In this document: positions 1 to 14,600 of the stretch, piece by piece
How the letters are laid out: every line of letters begins with the position of its first letter
How positions within the stretch are numbered: the stretch's first letter is position 1
Source of the DNA: Veleropilina oligotropha
Taxonomy: Eukaryota
DNA length: 64,000 nt
Assembly: GCA_048128005.1 (NCBI GenBank)
Contig: JBEUKZ010000105.1
Span: 1-64,000 of the forward strand
Direction: 5' to 3'
Notes under the pieces: model-generated
Database searches by the model: none
The model's input: the letters and a program-made list of their open reading frames with translations, nothing else
Told to the model about the DNA's origin: nothing
Translations under genes and position numbers: made by a program

Positions 1-1885
<1,885 letters not shown>

Positions 1886-2526
1886 CCGTCGATTTATTTG
1901 AAAACTACCGACTCAATTTTCGCCAAAATTGGTACACATTCCCAGGAGTATTTGTAGGTCGTGTATATAATTTAGCGACGCATTATTGCAAGAATATGCA
2001 TTTATTGGGAACTTTTATGCATATATGCTATATAACGTATGTCAAATATATAGTAAATAGCAATGATGTCATTACGATGACGCTTTAGATTAATCGTCAT
2101 TGACTGACGTCTCAATCGACGGGGTGGTAAGTACGCATACTTCGACATTGTAACGTTATAACTGTTCTGAAAATTTGACGGAAATAAAGAAAAGTCAAGA
2201 CATATTCCGAACGTGTCGTTCTTGTTAATGTGCATATCCATCCTACAATATCGCTACCCGAAAATCCAAAAATATACATTTGAATTTGTAATAACGCAGT
2301 TGGCATGATGAAATTATAACGCACGTCTTTACGTTCATAATGCACAGTGTGCTACTACATTGGAAACAGCCGAGCGAAAGACATGCAATTATTAAATGTG
2401 ATCTCATCCTGAAATATGTATGGATGAGTCTTAAAAAGACACCTAAAATGTATTACTACCAGCATTCAAATTTACCTAAAGTTTCCTCAAATCATGAATT
2501 ACCAAACTATTCGTTGTCGGCCTCAG

Positions 2527-2642
2527 GGGTTTGTCAACGTTGTGTCCGTTCCGGATGGCGAGAAGGGCAAGAGGTTCACTTACTCTGGTGACGAACCATC
2601 CCGCTGGAAGGACGAGAAGGATCTGTGGGCATATGGTTACTG
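2527..2642 (+). CDS. Beta-helix gene exon (first in window)
   Basis: cag|GFVNVVSVPDGEKGKRFTYSGDEPSRWKDEKDLWAYGY(W)|gtgag. Confidence 0.88.
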
Positions 2643-5600
2643 GTGAGTTGCCACCGACGAATGGTAGTTATAATAGCTTTATTTGGAAGAGAAAGGAAAG
2701 AAAATGATCGATGCTTAATTTCCTGTATCTTTCCAGCAATTGTTTGGTTCAAAGCAAGACATGTCCATATTATCGCGGGAGGAAAGCCCGGTTGCCCAGG
2801 GAAACCCGCCCTCTTCGACCAGTTACAGACAACTGTGATTCATAACTTGAGCAAATGTGTGATGTCACTGCCGAGGTTTGAATCCAGTACTGTTCACGTC
2901 AAGGGAAGCTTTATTTGGAATAACAGTTACTTTATGTAGTAATCACTAATGTCGCAATGTGTTATTGCATGGTCAGAAGTGTCCTTCGTAAGGATGACAT
3001 TTGTAAGTACACGTATTCATGCTTATGCCCAGTCTAATATGGGGTATCTCGAGATGACGTCCACGACCGGTGTACAAATAATACGTAACTGGAATGAAAA
3101 TAATGTATTATTTATTATCCACATATTGTCCATATTCCTCAATGTGTTGAAATGTTCCAAACCGAATTTGACTTATTGCCTCAGTATTCGTGATGTTTTT
3201 GCAATGTATATTCTAGGTATTGGAGTTGGGCCGATTTTGGCATAAAAATACAGCACATCGACACCGCGACGAAGACGATAACGCTGAATCGGCACACGCA
3301 CTACGGCATACGGCCAGGTGAGTGTAAGATAACGCTGAATCGGCACACGCACTACGGCATACGGCCAGGTGGGTGTATACTAATTATATATTCTTATATA
3401 ATGTACTTGTATCATACTTATCGAATAGTGCATCTTGGGTTGGCAATACTACATGATAGCCCTATAAATAAATTCAGAAATATTATTCGCTTGACGCTGT
3501 GGAAAGAAAATTGATGTTCTTGAAGTAAACGTGCGTGATAGTGATGCAATACTGTACTCCACTGTTCAACTGGTAGCGTTGGAGGAGGGGGGGGGGGGGG
3601 GGGGGTGAATATGAATGCTCACAAACAACATTATATTTCTGAATTAAATAAATCATTATATTCTTGCGCAGGTCATTTCGGCCAGACCCCGCTCGCCGGG
3701 TGGGCGGAACAAGGCGGGTACTTCTCCGTCGTCAATGCGCTCGCGGAACTCGATGAAGCGGTAAAGAGAAGTCAACTATCAATTAGTTCGAACGTCAATA
3801 ATTATTATGATTAATTGGTATATTATTAATCGTATACATTCACTAGAAGACTATATCTTGTAGATTTGACTTATTCATAGTATAATATTTATGTTCTATG
3901 CATATTTTCAAATTCCATGATGCATTTATTTTTTGCTAGTATATGAAAAAGATTGTGCAAGTATTTGAATGGATCGTGTTCGATTCCAGTAACCGCATGG
4001 CATATTCGAACGTTTAAAGTAACAGAAGGGGTATAGCTTAGAAACCTGTTACTCTGCCTTCGAATAGAAACGTTAGCAGAGGATCGGCCTACATATTGAA
4101 TAATAATAATAACTGAATAATGCAAAAAATGAGATTGTAAACTAAACTGCTTCACGTCACAACACATATAAAACATAAGTTGTTTCTGATTAAAATGTAA
4201 TATATATGTGAACATATCGTGAACATCGACAGGGCGAGTATTACATCGACCATCACACCGGGATTCTGTACATGTGGCCTCCGACGGCAAGCGGGCACGT
4301 CGCGGCTTCGGACATCGTCTACGGGTCACTTCTTGACGACTGTATATCGTGAGTATGACTCACTAGTTAGTAAAACCTCACATGCTACCCCGACTTCTTG
4401 TAAAATACAAAAGCTGTTTTTTTAATATTTGATTTCATATGAGTTTGATTTCATTTGATTTCATATGACTACTTTGAAATTACGGCCACACCGGTAGCCG
4501 AGTGAGTATGAGGGCGAATTCTAATTCACTCGATTGGCTGCTCTGTTTAACATGAATACGTTCGAATTGTCCGCGGGGTTTCTTTGTGCCGTTAACAGTC
4601 ACAGTTGTCCACAACAGACCGGACAGGGCGGCTTTCCAGGGTGACCGGCCTTTCCTTCCGCGATAATAACTTACGGGCATGAAGGAAAGAAAGGAAATAA
4701 TCGAAGCTTAATGTCATGTCCGTATTATCGCGGGAAGAAAGCCCTGTCGCCCTGGTAAACCCGCCCTCTTCGACCAGTCCCGGACAATTGTGATTCATAA
4801 CTTGAACAAATGTGTGCTGCTCCAGCCGAGGTTTGAACCCACTAGTGTTCGCGTCAGCGGAATCAAGTCAGTGCTTTTCGGAGTCTGCAACCGAACCCAC
4901 ACGGCTGTCGAAGCCAGGCGCGGATCCAGGGGGGGGGGGCGCACCCGGCGCGCCCCCCCCTAAAGTTGGCCAAGCATACTAAAATAATATGTATAATCTG
5001 ATACAAATGACTTTCAGAACATTATAAATAGGCTGTTGCAATGTAATAATGCAAGAGGGGGGGATTTCACATCGTTAATTGTCAAAATGTTCTTGCGCGT
5101 GGGGCGCCGACCCTACGCGGACAATTCGATTATGACAAAATAAAATAAAAATTTGACTCGTGCTATTTGAGTGACGGTGGTTCAGAAAAAGTTAGAATGA
5201 TATATCGCTTTTGCCCTGTCAGAGTGCAGGAGAAGGGGTTTCAGGCTGTTGATTCTCTAAATTTTCTTTCGCGTGGGGCCCCGTCCCCACGCGAACAGTT
5301 GATAGTAAATTCTGCGCCCCCCCCCCCCTAAGCGAAATTCCTGGATCCGCGCCTGGAAGCCGCCCTTAAGGACATGTCTTGCTATGAACTGGAACGTCGT
5401 TAAAATAAGACATTAAGCATTGATACAATTCCAAATCATAAGTCACGAATATATCACCGAGTATACTATAACGAAAGTGTTATTATTCTGAAAATAAAGA
5501 TTGGCCAATAGCCTAGATTCACTGGACTTTGACATATTTGACCATTAAGAAACTATATGCTTGGTTATTGTTACATATAACCAGTTAAGTTACAATCTAA

Positions 5601-8600
5601 TCTGCTTTCGTTAAATTAAATTGGAAATTAAAATTAACTCTGCTAACGCGAAATTTTCTGTTATTTTGACAGAATAGACACAAATGTCAGGAATCTTGTC
5701 CTCAAAGATTTCAGCATTGAAGATTGTCGGAGCGTGGGAATACGGATGACGAGCGCGCACGGAATCAAAATGGAAAACCTTGAAGTGAAAAACACAGGTG
5801 AGCCTTGTAATTAGTTTTTCATAGCGCTCGAGCTGTTGGAAGCGAAATGTCAAAGTGATGCGCAAATATCTAACCTGGCCTGTCTTGCATCGGTCTAGCT
5901 CGATCGCTGCAAAAGAACCTTGAATTATAACTTACTTATTATGAGGATTGAAACATTCAGTGGTTTTGAAACTACGCGTATTGTCTATTATCACATGACA
6001 AACGTGTTATGGAACTGCAGAGGCCGTCTTACGAAAAGACACGTCTCATATGTATGCAAATGAGGGCGAGCATGACGGCCGATTATCGCATCTGGCGCCA
6101 AGTTCATTAGGCGGCGAATCACCCTCATTAACATAATGAATAATTCATTCGCGTTCACTCGTCGATTATTGACGTTGAACTTTTTTTATTGGCGTACTGG
6201 CGTGGCGCGTGCTGTCGAGGCGTGAAGCGTCTGGGTCAGGCCGTTTAATGACTGAAATTAATGACATAAATTAGTTTTAAAACGTGAAGAAATGTGTTTA
6301 AAAACGCAATAAAATAAGTTTAAAGGTAAATAAAGTCATGTGATAAAGAAGATATGAAACTTGTGTCCATTTCATATGAGAATTATGAAACTCGTCAGCA
6401 AATTTATGTACCTCGCCAAGGCTCGGTACATAAATAGTGCCCGTCTCGTTTCATAATTCTCATATGTAATGGACACTCGTTCGATATCCTCTATATATGT
6501 CACTTTTGTAAACATAGTTTTTCCAATATACCTCCTCGGTTATATCCTCTTCCAGAGCGGTTTCGACTTAATCACGCGGAACGCGTCGGTTTACGTCAGA
6601 TCATAAACGTCACCGAACGTAGGGCTCAGTCAGCTCATTGCTTGGTTGGGTTACCATGCTAAGCTAACTTATTGGGTTATTTAGACAAAGGTCTGATCGA
6701 ATATAGACGTTTGACCAGTGGCCACCACTGATATATGACTGAAAATTGTTAAGGTCATCGTAATACATGCAATATTATATTACGCCAGATTATTTCGACA
6801 CTTTATGTGAGATCGTATGTGCTACAGGAGTAAATTTGACAGCGTCTTGTTCCAGGTTATTACGGCATTTTCTGTGACGGTAACTGTCGCAGCCTGGTGA
6901 TATCCGGATGTGACGTACACGGCGGTGATGGCGGCATCAAGGTGAAAGGTAATATAGTACCAGCGGTATCAAAGATATTATCTCAAAGATCTCGACATAC
7001 TTATAAATTATTTCGTTGTATCGTGGTATGTCGAAACATATTACTTAAATAAAGAAGATACAGTTCGCAGTATGTTCTTTTGTTGTATTAAGAAGGAAGA
7101 AAATTATTTAGTTTCGTGTCTGTTGGGTTACCTCCCGATTTCAGAAACAATTATATATCATGTAAGCTATGAACTGAGAAAATGCGAAACTACCAGTTGA
7201 AGATGATGCTTAAATTTGTACTGAAAAGTTTCACAGATAGCAAATTTAAATCATCAGCGTGAAGATAAAAATGGTATATTTGAATTAAAGCTTGTAATAC
7301 GATATGACTAATCATAAATTTCTAATTTGTTGCGATTTCGGTGATAATTTACGTTAATTCCTTTACCCAATAACGCAACAAAGTATGTTCCGCACAATTT
7401 TAAGACTGATTGTTATTAGGTGGATCGAGACAGACTTTGGTGTCGAGCGGTATCGTAATCGAGGACAACCACATTCACGACTACAGTCGGGTGGGCGCCG
7501 TTGGAGCCGACGCTATCCGGGTGGACGGGGTGGGCACCCAGATCCGGTACAACCACATCCATCACGGACAATATTCCGGAATCTCGTTTCACGTGAGTAG
7601 GAGCTGTAACTGCTATAGCGATCTATCTACGTGACATTCTCTTCCCAATGTATTTTGAAAGAATACGCGAACAACATATAACTTAGCTTTAGTCATATGG
7701 ACAAAGCTTATCGGTTAATAACAAATGATGTTGCAATGACCACAAATCAGTTTTACGATTTTGAAAACGATGTTTTTTCATTGATATGAATGTGCTTGGT
7801 GTCCTTCTACAAGGGCACTACTATGAAGTTAAGAAAATCATGGAAAAATACTATGGCCACTAGTTTAAAATGTAAATATGCTAAAGGGCGTGCAAAATCT
7901 CTCAAAGCTAAATATAATAATCTTTTGTTTTTTTGCATGTCATATGTTAACACCTCAATCATCATGAGTTTTCTTATATAACCTTGATGATGTGACCCTG
8001 AAACTAATAATCTTGCGTTTGACCTTAAATTCATCTGCTATGTAGGTCATTCAGGCTGTGACTTGAAACGCTATGGATAAAGTAAACAAGTTTGTCGGTT
8101 ATCATGGAAACTGGTTTAGCGTAAGGTGCCATTTTAAAAGGACGCTAGGCATAAATGGGTTCATTAAAGAATCACGTAGAAGAGACGCTGCTGGCACGAC
8201 ACTCATCATCAAAGTCTTGTCAATGTGATTTTTTGTTTATTCCAAATGCTTCCGCTTTTCTGTTGTCCGATTTAATCATATGACAGCCATTGCAATGAAA
8301 TATAATTTAGCAATGTTTCCTGATTGTACATCATATATTATTATATATTACAGGGCAACGATCACGTAATGGAATACAATCATGTGCATCACATATGCAT
8401 GAACGCCTCAGACTGTGGGGCATTGCATTGTGGGAGGGATTGGTCTGCGGTAAGACGTAACAATGTCATGTTGCGAAATTTATTATAATACTAAATGCTT
8501 TTATAATATTAAAATTCGTAAAAACATTACATGTTCAATAGTGTACGAGAGGACTGGCCACATGTCTTCATTAATGTCATCTTCTACGCAGAAGAGAGGG

Positions 8601-11600
8601 AACGGTCTTCCAAGAGTGATGTCATTTGTGCGAGCGATTCTTGCCTGAAGAACTGTATAGTAGTACATGATTTGTCCGCTTTCTTAATGGAACCAGGGTG
8701 TTACTTACCTACCTCAATTTCTTGTATGGTGCTTGTATTGTTGTCAACTGCAAAACGCGCAATACCAATAAGCATATTAGCTTTGTCTTTTTGGTGTTCA
8801 GTTTTCATTTCATATCAACAGGTCTTGAGACTTGTCACGATGTTGTATAATCCATTTATATTACATTTACTGCACGGAGTCCTTCTATAGTATATTGCCG
8901 TATTGAGAAAGCCAAGAAACTGCTGGCAGGGGTTTCGCCACCTGATAACAACAAACATGGCGGCATGTTCCAAGAAAACGAAATTCAGATCGTGGTGATC
9001 CATGTTGCAACTTAGAGGTGGATAAAATACCACCACCTTGTAAAAACATCGTTGCATTGTAGAACTACTTCAACGGATCATGCTCCCAAATGACAGTGTG
9101 ATTATGTAATCGATAATACACTGCCAGCCCGAGCGTTATATGCACATCACAGGCAGAGTTAGAACGAGGCTGTTATGTTTATAACGCCGAGGGGTGACAT
9201 CTGCATTATTTGTTATACACACCGTAGAAATATATTGTACATTGCAAGCTGTAACCCATTAAAATATTCAATTGCCCACCATATCGTCTTCTAGAGCATG
9301 ATATGAGAGTCGTCTCTTCTATTGGCAACTGTCACTCAATTTAGTGCGACCAGCTAGCCGAGTTGATCATTGTCTGGAAACAATGGGTAAATTAACACCA
9401 GGATGCCTATTTGTTCACATAAATAACCCCATTGTGTGTATGACCAGATCATCCAGAAGACAGTTAGGCAGTGCTAAAGCCGGTGTTAGTACCTTAATCA
9501 AAGATATAATTTGGATACGGAGTATCCACACGGTGTATGCTATATTAAAAGCGAGATGCAGCGACTGAACAACATAGGAATATGTGAATGCGGCCGGACC
9601 AGGGATGGATCGGTCATGAGTGTCAAGTAAGCCATAAAAATTGGAAATCTACCGGTATTGACCACATCCATGTCTTTATGCTCAAGACTGACGTATACTA
9701 CTTTAAAGAAAGTTGATGAAGAGGCCAAGATACATTGACTAAAATCGCAGAGAAATAATGAAAGTGGGCCACCAACATAGCATTGACTGCTGGAACATTT
9801 CCGTCAAAGTCCATTGTCATACACCATCGTCATACACCATCGTCATACACCATCGTCATACACCATCGCCATGCACCATTGTCATACACCATCGTCATAC
9901 ACCATCGTCATACACTGGCAGATAATGTGATCGTATTTATTATGGACATTTCAGCATACTCAGAGATGTTAACCTTCCAGTCTGGTTTCCAGTCGAATCT
10001 GACGATCGTCACGGACGTATGGGATAAACTATTCGATAGCGTTGAATAGTTCAGAGAAAACACTCCTGTCGAGGGTCGTGAGGCAGGAGTATTTTCTCTG
10101 AACTATTCAACGCTATCGAGTAGTTTATGTCGCTTAAAACATTTCACCATTGAACAATAGCCTCATTCCTCACCAGGTACCTCTATTGTAGTTAATTGGA
10201 GTGCATTAGTTGAATGAAAGTCTTAATTGCCGTGTATTAGTTGAATGCCTTGAAACTATACAACGGCTGGGCTAACAAAGCTTTGTACTTCCATTGAATA
10301 GGCAGAATAATAGATGCCCAGAACAATAGATGACGTCACAGAAATGTTTTAAATATATTATCAGCCCAGTTCATATCCTTGTTACCATCAACTATATCAT
10401 AAGGGAGAGAAACATCAGATATTCTACGTTACGTATATGTGATCATATAAACATAGAAACAGAGAAACTAAAGCTAAAAGGCGTCCAGTGAAGTTGATTC
10501 TGTCGACTATTCATTCATTACTCAATGACGTCGTCGATAGTATATCGACATATTTAACCACATCTCAAAACAGACAGGCATGGATAATAGAACGCCAAGT
10601 AATCGGAGATCCCAATGAGTATATGACACATTCTTTGCATCTGAAAAGTGATAATTGTGACGGCAACTCGATCCATTCCATCCGCAATATATTTCAAACA
10701 AAGGTTAAAATCGTCTTCTGTAGTTGTCTGTCAGCTCCAGGACTCATGGCGGTGATATGAGCTGTTCGTTGGCCTCCTCTTTTAAGATGTCCGTTCTATA
10801 TGTAGTTATTTTCCAGCATTGGATGACATCCATCGGTGTTCTTTCCTCTCCAACAAGCGACATGGCCTCGTCGTTGCTTCTGCGTTCCGTCTAGGTAATA
10901 TTTTCAATTCTTGAGCAAAGGCTTTCACGACGCCTTGTGCCTGTCTTCTTTAGAGCCACCTTTCGTACCGTACAGATGAACACTCCAGAGCAAGGACTTC
11001 ACTAATCTCTTCCTCAGATTCCTGCTGAAGCTTTCATAAATAGCTTCCTGTGCTTGATGAATACCATCTTCGCCATGATGGTTCCTGATCTTATGTCGGT
11101 ATCACAGAATGTTACCCAGATACATGAATATCGAAACTTACTCTAGATGTTATCTGTTGACCTTCAACTCTAAAACCTTCATGCATCTCCTTTCTTCTTT
11201 CTTCCACATCGATATCCCTCAGCATGTCCATCGTTTACCCGATTGAAAGCCTTCTCGTAAACCACAAAAAACACGATACATCTTGTACGTGTTCGATGCT
11301 GCTCTCGGCAGTCAATCGCATCACCGCGATTGCGCGCCTCTGCTTCACCTAATCCAAACTGATCATTACCGATGTTTGCCATTTACCTTTGCTTCGATCA
11401 TGTGTGTCAAAACTGTCGTTGTGTGTGCAATGAGACGAATAGGGCGATGGATACCACATCACTCTGCATTTGGTTTATTCGTCTGCCCATTCACCGCTCA
11501 CGTGCGATGAGATCGTCTGCCCATTCACCTTTCACGTGCGATGAGATCATTGATTCCTGTCTCCCCAGCGTCTTGATTGTCTCTGATGAGATTTCATTAG

Positions 11601-14600
11601 CACGCGCCAGATTTCAGTTCATCACTTGCCGATACATGCTTTACGGCTTAGATATAGTCTTTTATGTACTCTATCCATATTATTTTAACATAAACTATGT
11701 CATTTTGCAATGGGACGTTACCACTCACCACACAAGCTACCACCTACCACCACCCCTCCTACCCCGCGTGAGATCATTGACCTCACAAGCTACCACCTAC
11801 CACCACCCCTCTTACCCCGCGTGAGATCATTGACCTCACAAGCTACCACCTACCAACACCCCTCCTACCCCGCGTGAGATCATTGACCTCACAAGCTACC
11901 ATCTACCACCACCTCTCCTACCCCGGGTGAGATCATTGACCTCACAAGCTACCACCTACCACCACCTCTCCTACCCCGCGTGAGATCATTGACCTCACAC
12001 ACTACCACCTACCACCACCCCTCCTACCCCGCGTGAGATCATTGACCCCACAATCTACCACCTACCACCACCTCTCCTACCCCGCGTGAGATCATTGACC
12101 TCACAAGCTACCACCTACCACCACCTCTCCTACCCCGCGTGAGATCATTGACCTCACAAGCTACCACCTACCACCACCTCTCCTACCCCGCGTGAGATCA
12201 TTGACCTCACGAGCTACCACCTACCACCACCTCTCCTACCCCGCGTGAGATCATTGACCTCACAAGCTACCACCTACCACCACCCCTCCTACCCCGCGTG
12301 AGATCATTGACCTCACAAGCTACCACCCCTCCTACCCCGCGTGAGATCATTGACCTCACAAGCTACCACCTACCACCACCCCTCCTACCCCGCGTGAGAT
12401 CATTGACCTTACAAGCTACCACCTACTACCACCTGTCCTACCCCGCGTGAGATCATTGACCTCACAAGCTACCACCTACCACCACCCCTCCTACCCCGCG
12501 TGAGATCATTGACCTCACAAGCTACCACCTACCACCACCCCTCCTACCCCGCGTGAGATCATTGACCTCACAAGCTACCACCTACCACCACCCCTCCTAC
12601 CCCGCGTGAGATCATTGACCTCACAAGCTACCACCTACCACCACCTCTCCTACCCCGCGCGAGATCATTGACCTCACAAGCTACCACCTACCACCACCCC
12701 TCCTACCCCGTGTGAGATCATTGACCTCACAAGCTACCACCTACCACCACCCCTCCTACCCCGCGTGAGATCATTGACCTCACAAGCTACAACCTACCAC
12801 CACCCCTCCTACCCCGCGTGAGATCATTGACCTCACAAGCTACCACCTACCACCACCCCTCCTACCCCGCGTGAGATCATTGACCTCACAAGCTACCACC
12901 TACCACCACCTCTCCTACCCCGCCTGAGATCATTGACCTCACAAGCTACCACCTACCACCACCTCTCCTACCCCGCGTGAGATCATTGACCTCATTGTAC
13001 ATTGAATCCGACATGCATCTTTTCTCAGACCTACTCACCGACAAGGATTCAATCCCGAATCGTTGGTCCGAGCACTTCAGTACTATCTTCAGTGCCAGTC
13101 GTACAGTCCAAGAGACCGCCCTCAACCGGATCGAACAAAGACCAGTCAAGGGGGAACTGGATGAGCTACCAACACTCCCAGAAGTCGCAAAGACCAGTGA
13201 GCAACTGAAAAGTGTGAAAGCCGCAGGCATCTGCGGAAATATGGAAGAACGGTGGTCTTGCACTGCACTGAAAAGTACATGACCTTCTCTTCCTCTGCTG
13301 GAAACAGGGTAAATTTCCAAAATACTAAACGCAGTCATCATCACCCTCTATATAAACAAGGGGAAAAAGTCAGACTGCTCAAACAACCGCGGAATCACCC
13401 TGCTCTCTATTACTGGCAACATCATTGCCCGGGTATTGTTAAACAGACTTGTTCCTGTCATTGCTGACGACCACCTCCCTGATAACCAGTGCGGCTTTCG
13501 AGCTAAGCGCGAAACTACTGACATGGTCTTCGTCCTGTCGTGAGCGAAATAGAGAACTGTACGCCACGTTTGTTGACTTGACCAAGGCGTTCGAAACGGT
13601 TAGTAGGACTGGACTTTGGAAGATCCTGGAAAAGTTAGGTTGTCGTCCAAAGCTTCTCGCAATGATCATCCAGCTCCAAGAAGACCAGTTGGGCCAGGTC
13701 AGACATGACAGCGATCTATCACAGCCCTTCTCCATTACAAACGGAGTGAAGCAAGGCTATGTCCTTGCCCGACCCTATTATCTGTGTTTTTCAGCATGAT
13801 GTTGAAACATGCTACTGACGTCGTAGACGACGAAGGTGTATACATCCGTTTTCGCACAGATGGCAACCTGTTCTATCGAAGCCAAGCCAAGAAGAGAGGA
13901 CATTTTGCAATGCGCCGTTACCACTTATCAAACAAGCTTTTTTACCAACACCTCTCCTACCCTGCGTCAGACCTTTGACCTCTTTGCACATTGAATCCGA
14001 CCTGCATCCTTTCTCATAAGTTATCAACGCACCACAATGCTCCGCCAACCATTTTCCCCTCACATGATCAGTCTTGCTTCTCATTTCATTTTTGAGATGT
14101 CTGTATTTACGTTTTCCTTCGTCTGTGTTCGTGCGTATACATTGCTTCTTATTCCTCTTACCATTGAAACAACAATATTCTTCTTCGCGCTCTTCAAGAA
14201 ACTGGTACACCTGTCCGGAACTTCATCTGACCTGTTGCTCTCCTTTTTAAGCTGCGGTCATCTTTATCTCTGAATCATGCACCATCAGACGTTCGAGAAA
14301 TTCAAGATTCCACCTTTCTGTTTTCTGTCTTTATAGACACACTCGAGCCTTCATGACAACCAGATTATGATCAGAATTAGCATATGCACCCGGAAAGGAA
14401 CAAGTATTTTTCAAATAATTCTTATATCTGTATCTTCCAAGTATATAGTATATTTGAAATCTCCCCACAGCTCACGGCATCTTTCACGTCTAACGCTTTC
14501 TTGGGTTGTGATGTAACCACATGGTGGCGATGCTCATTCTGGTCCTTCTGCTGAAACCAAATTATCTCCCGTGTCATTCCTTCTAGCAAACTCAAATGAT

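Noticed and set aside
8463..9080. Short ORFs, possibly a decayed retroelement
   Set aside because: No motif I can identify with confidence
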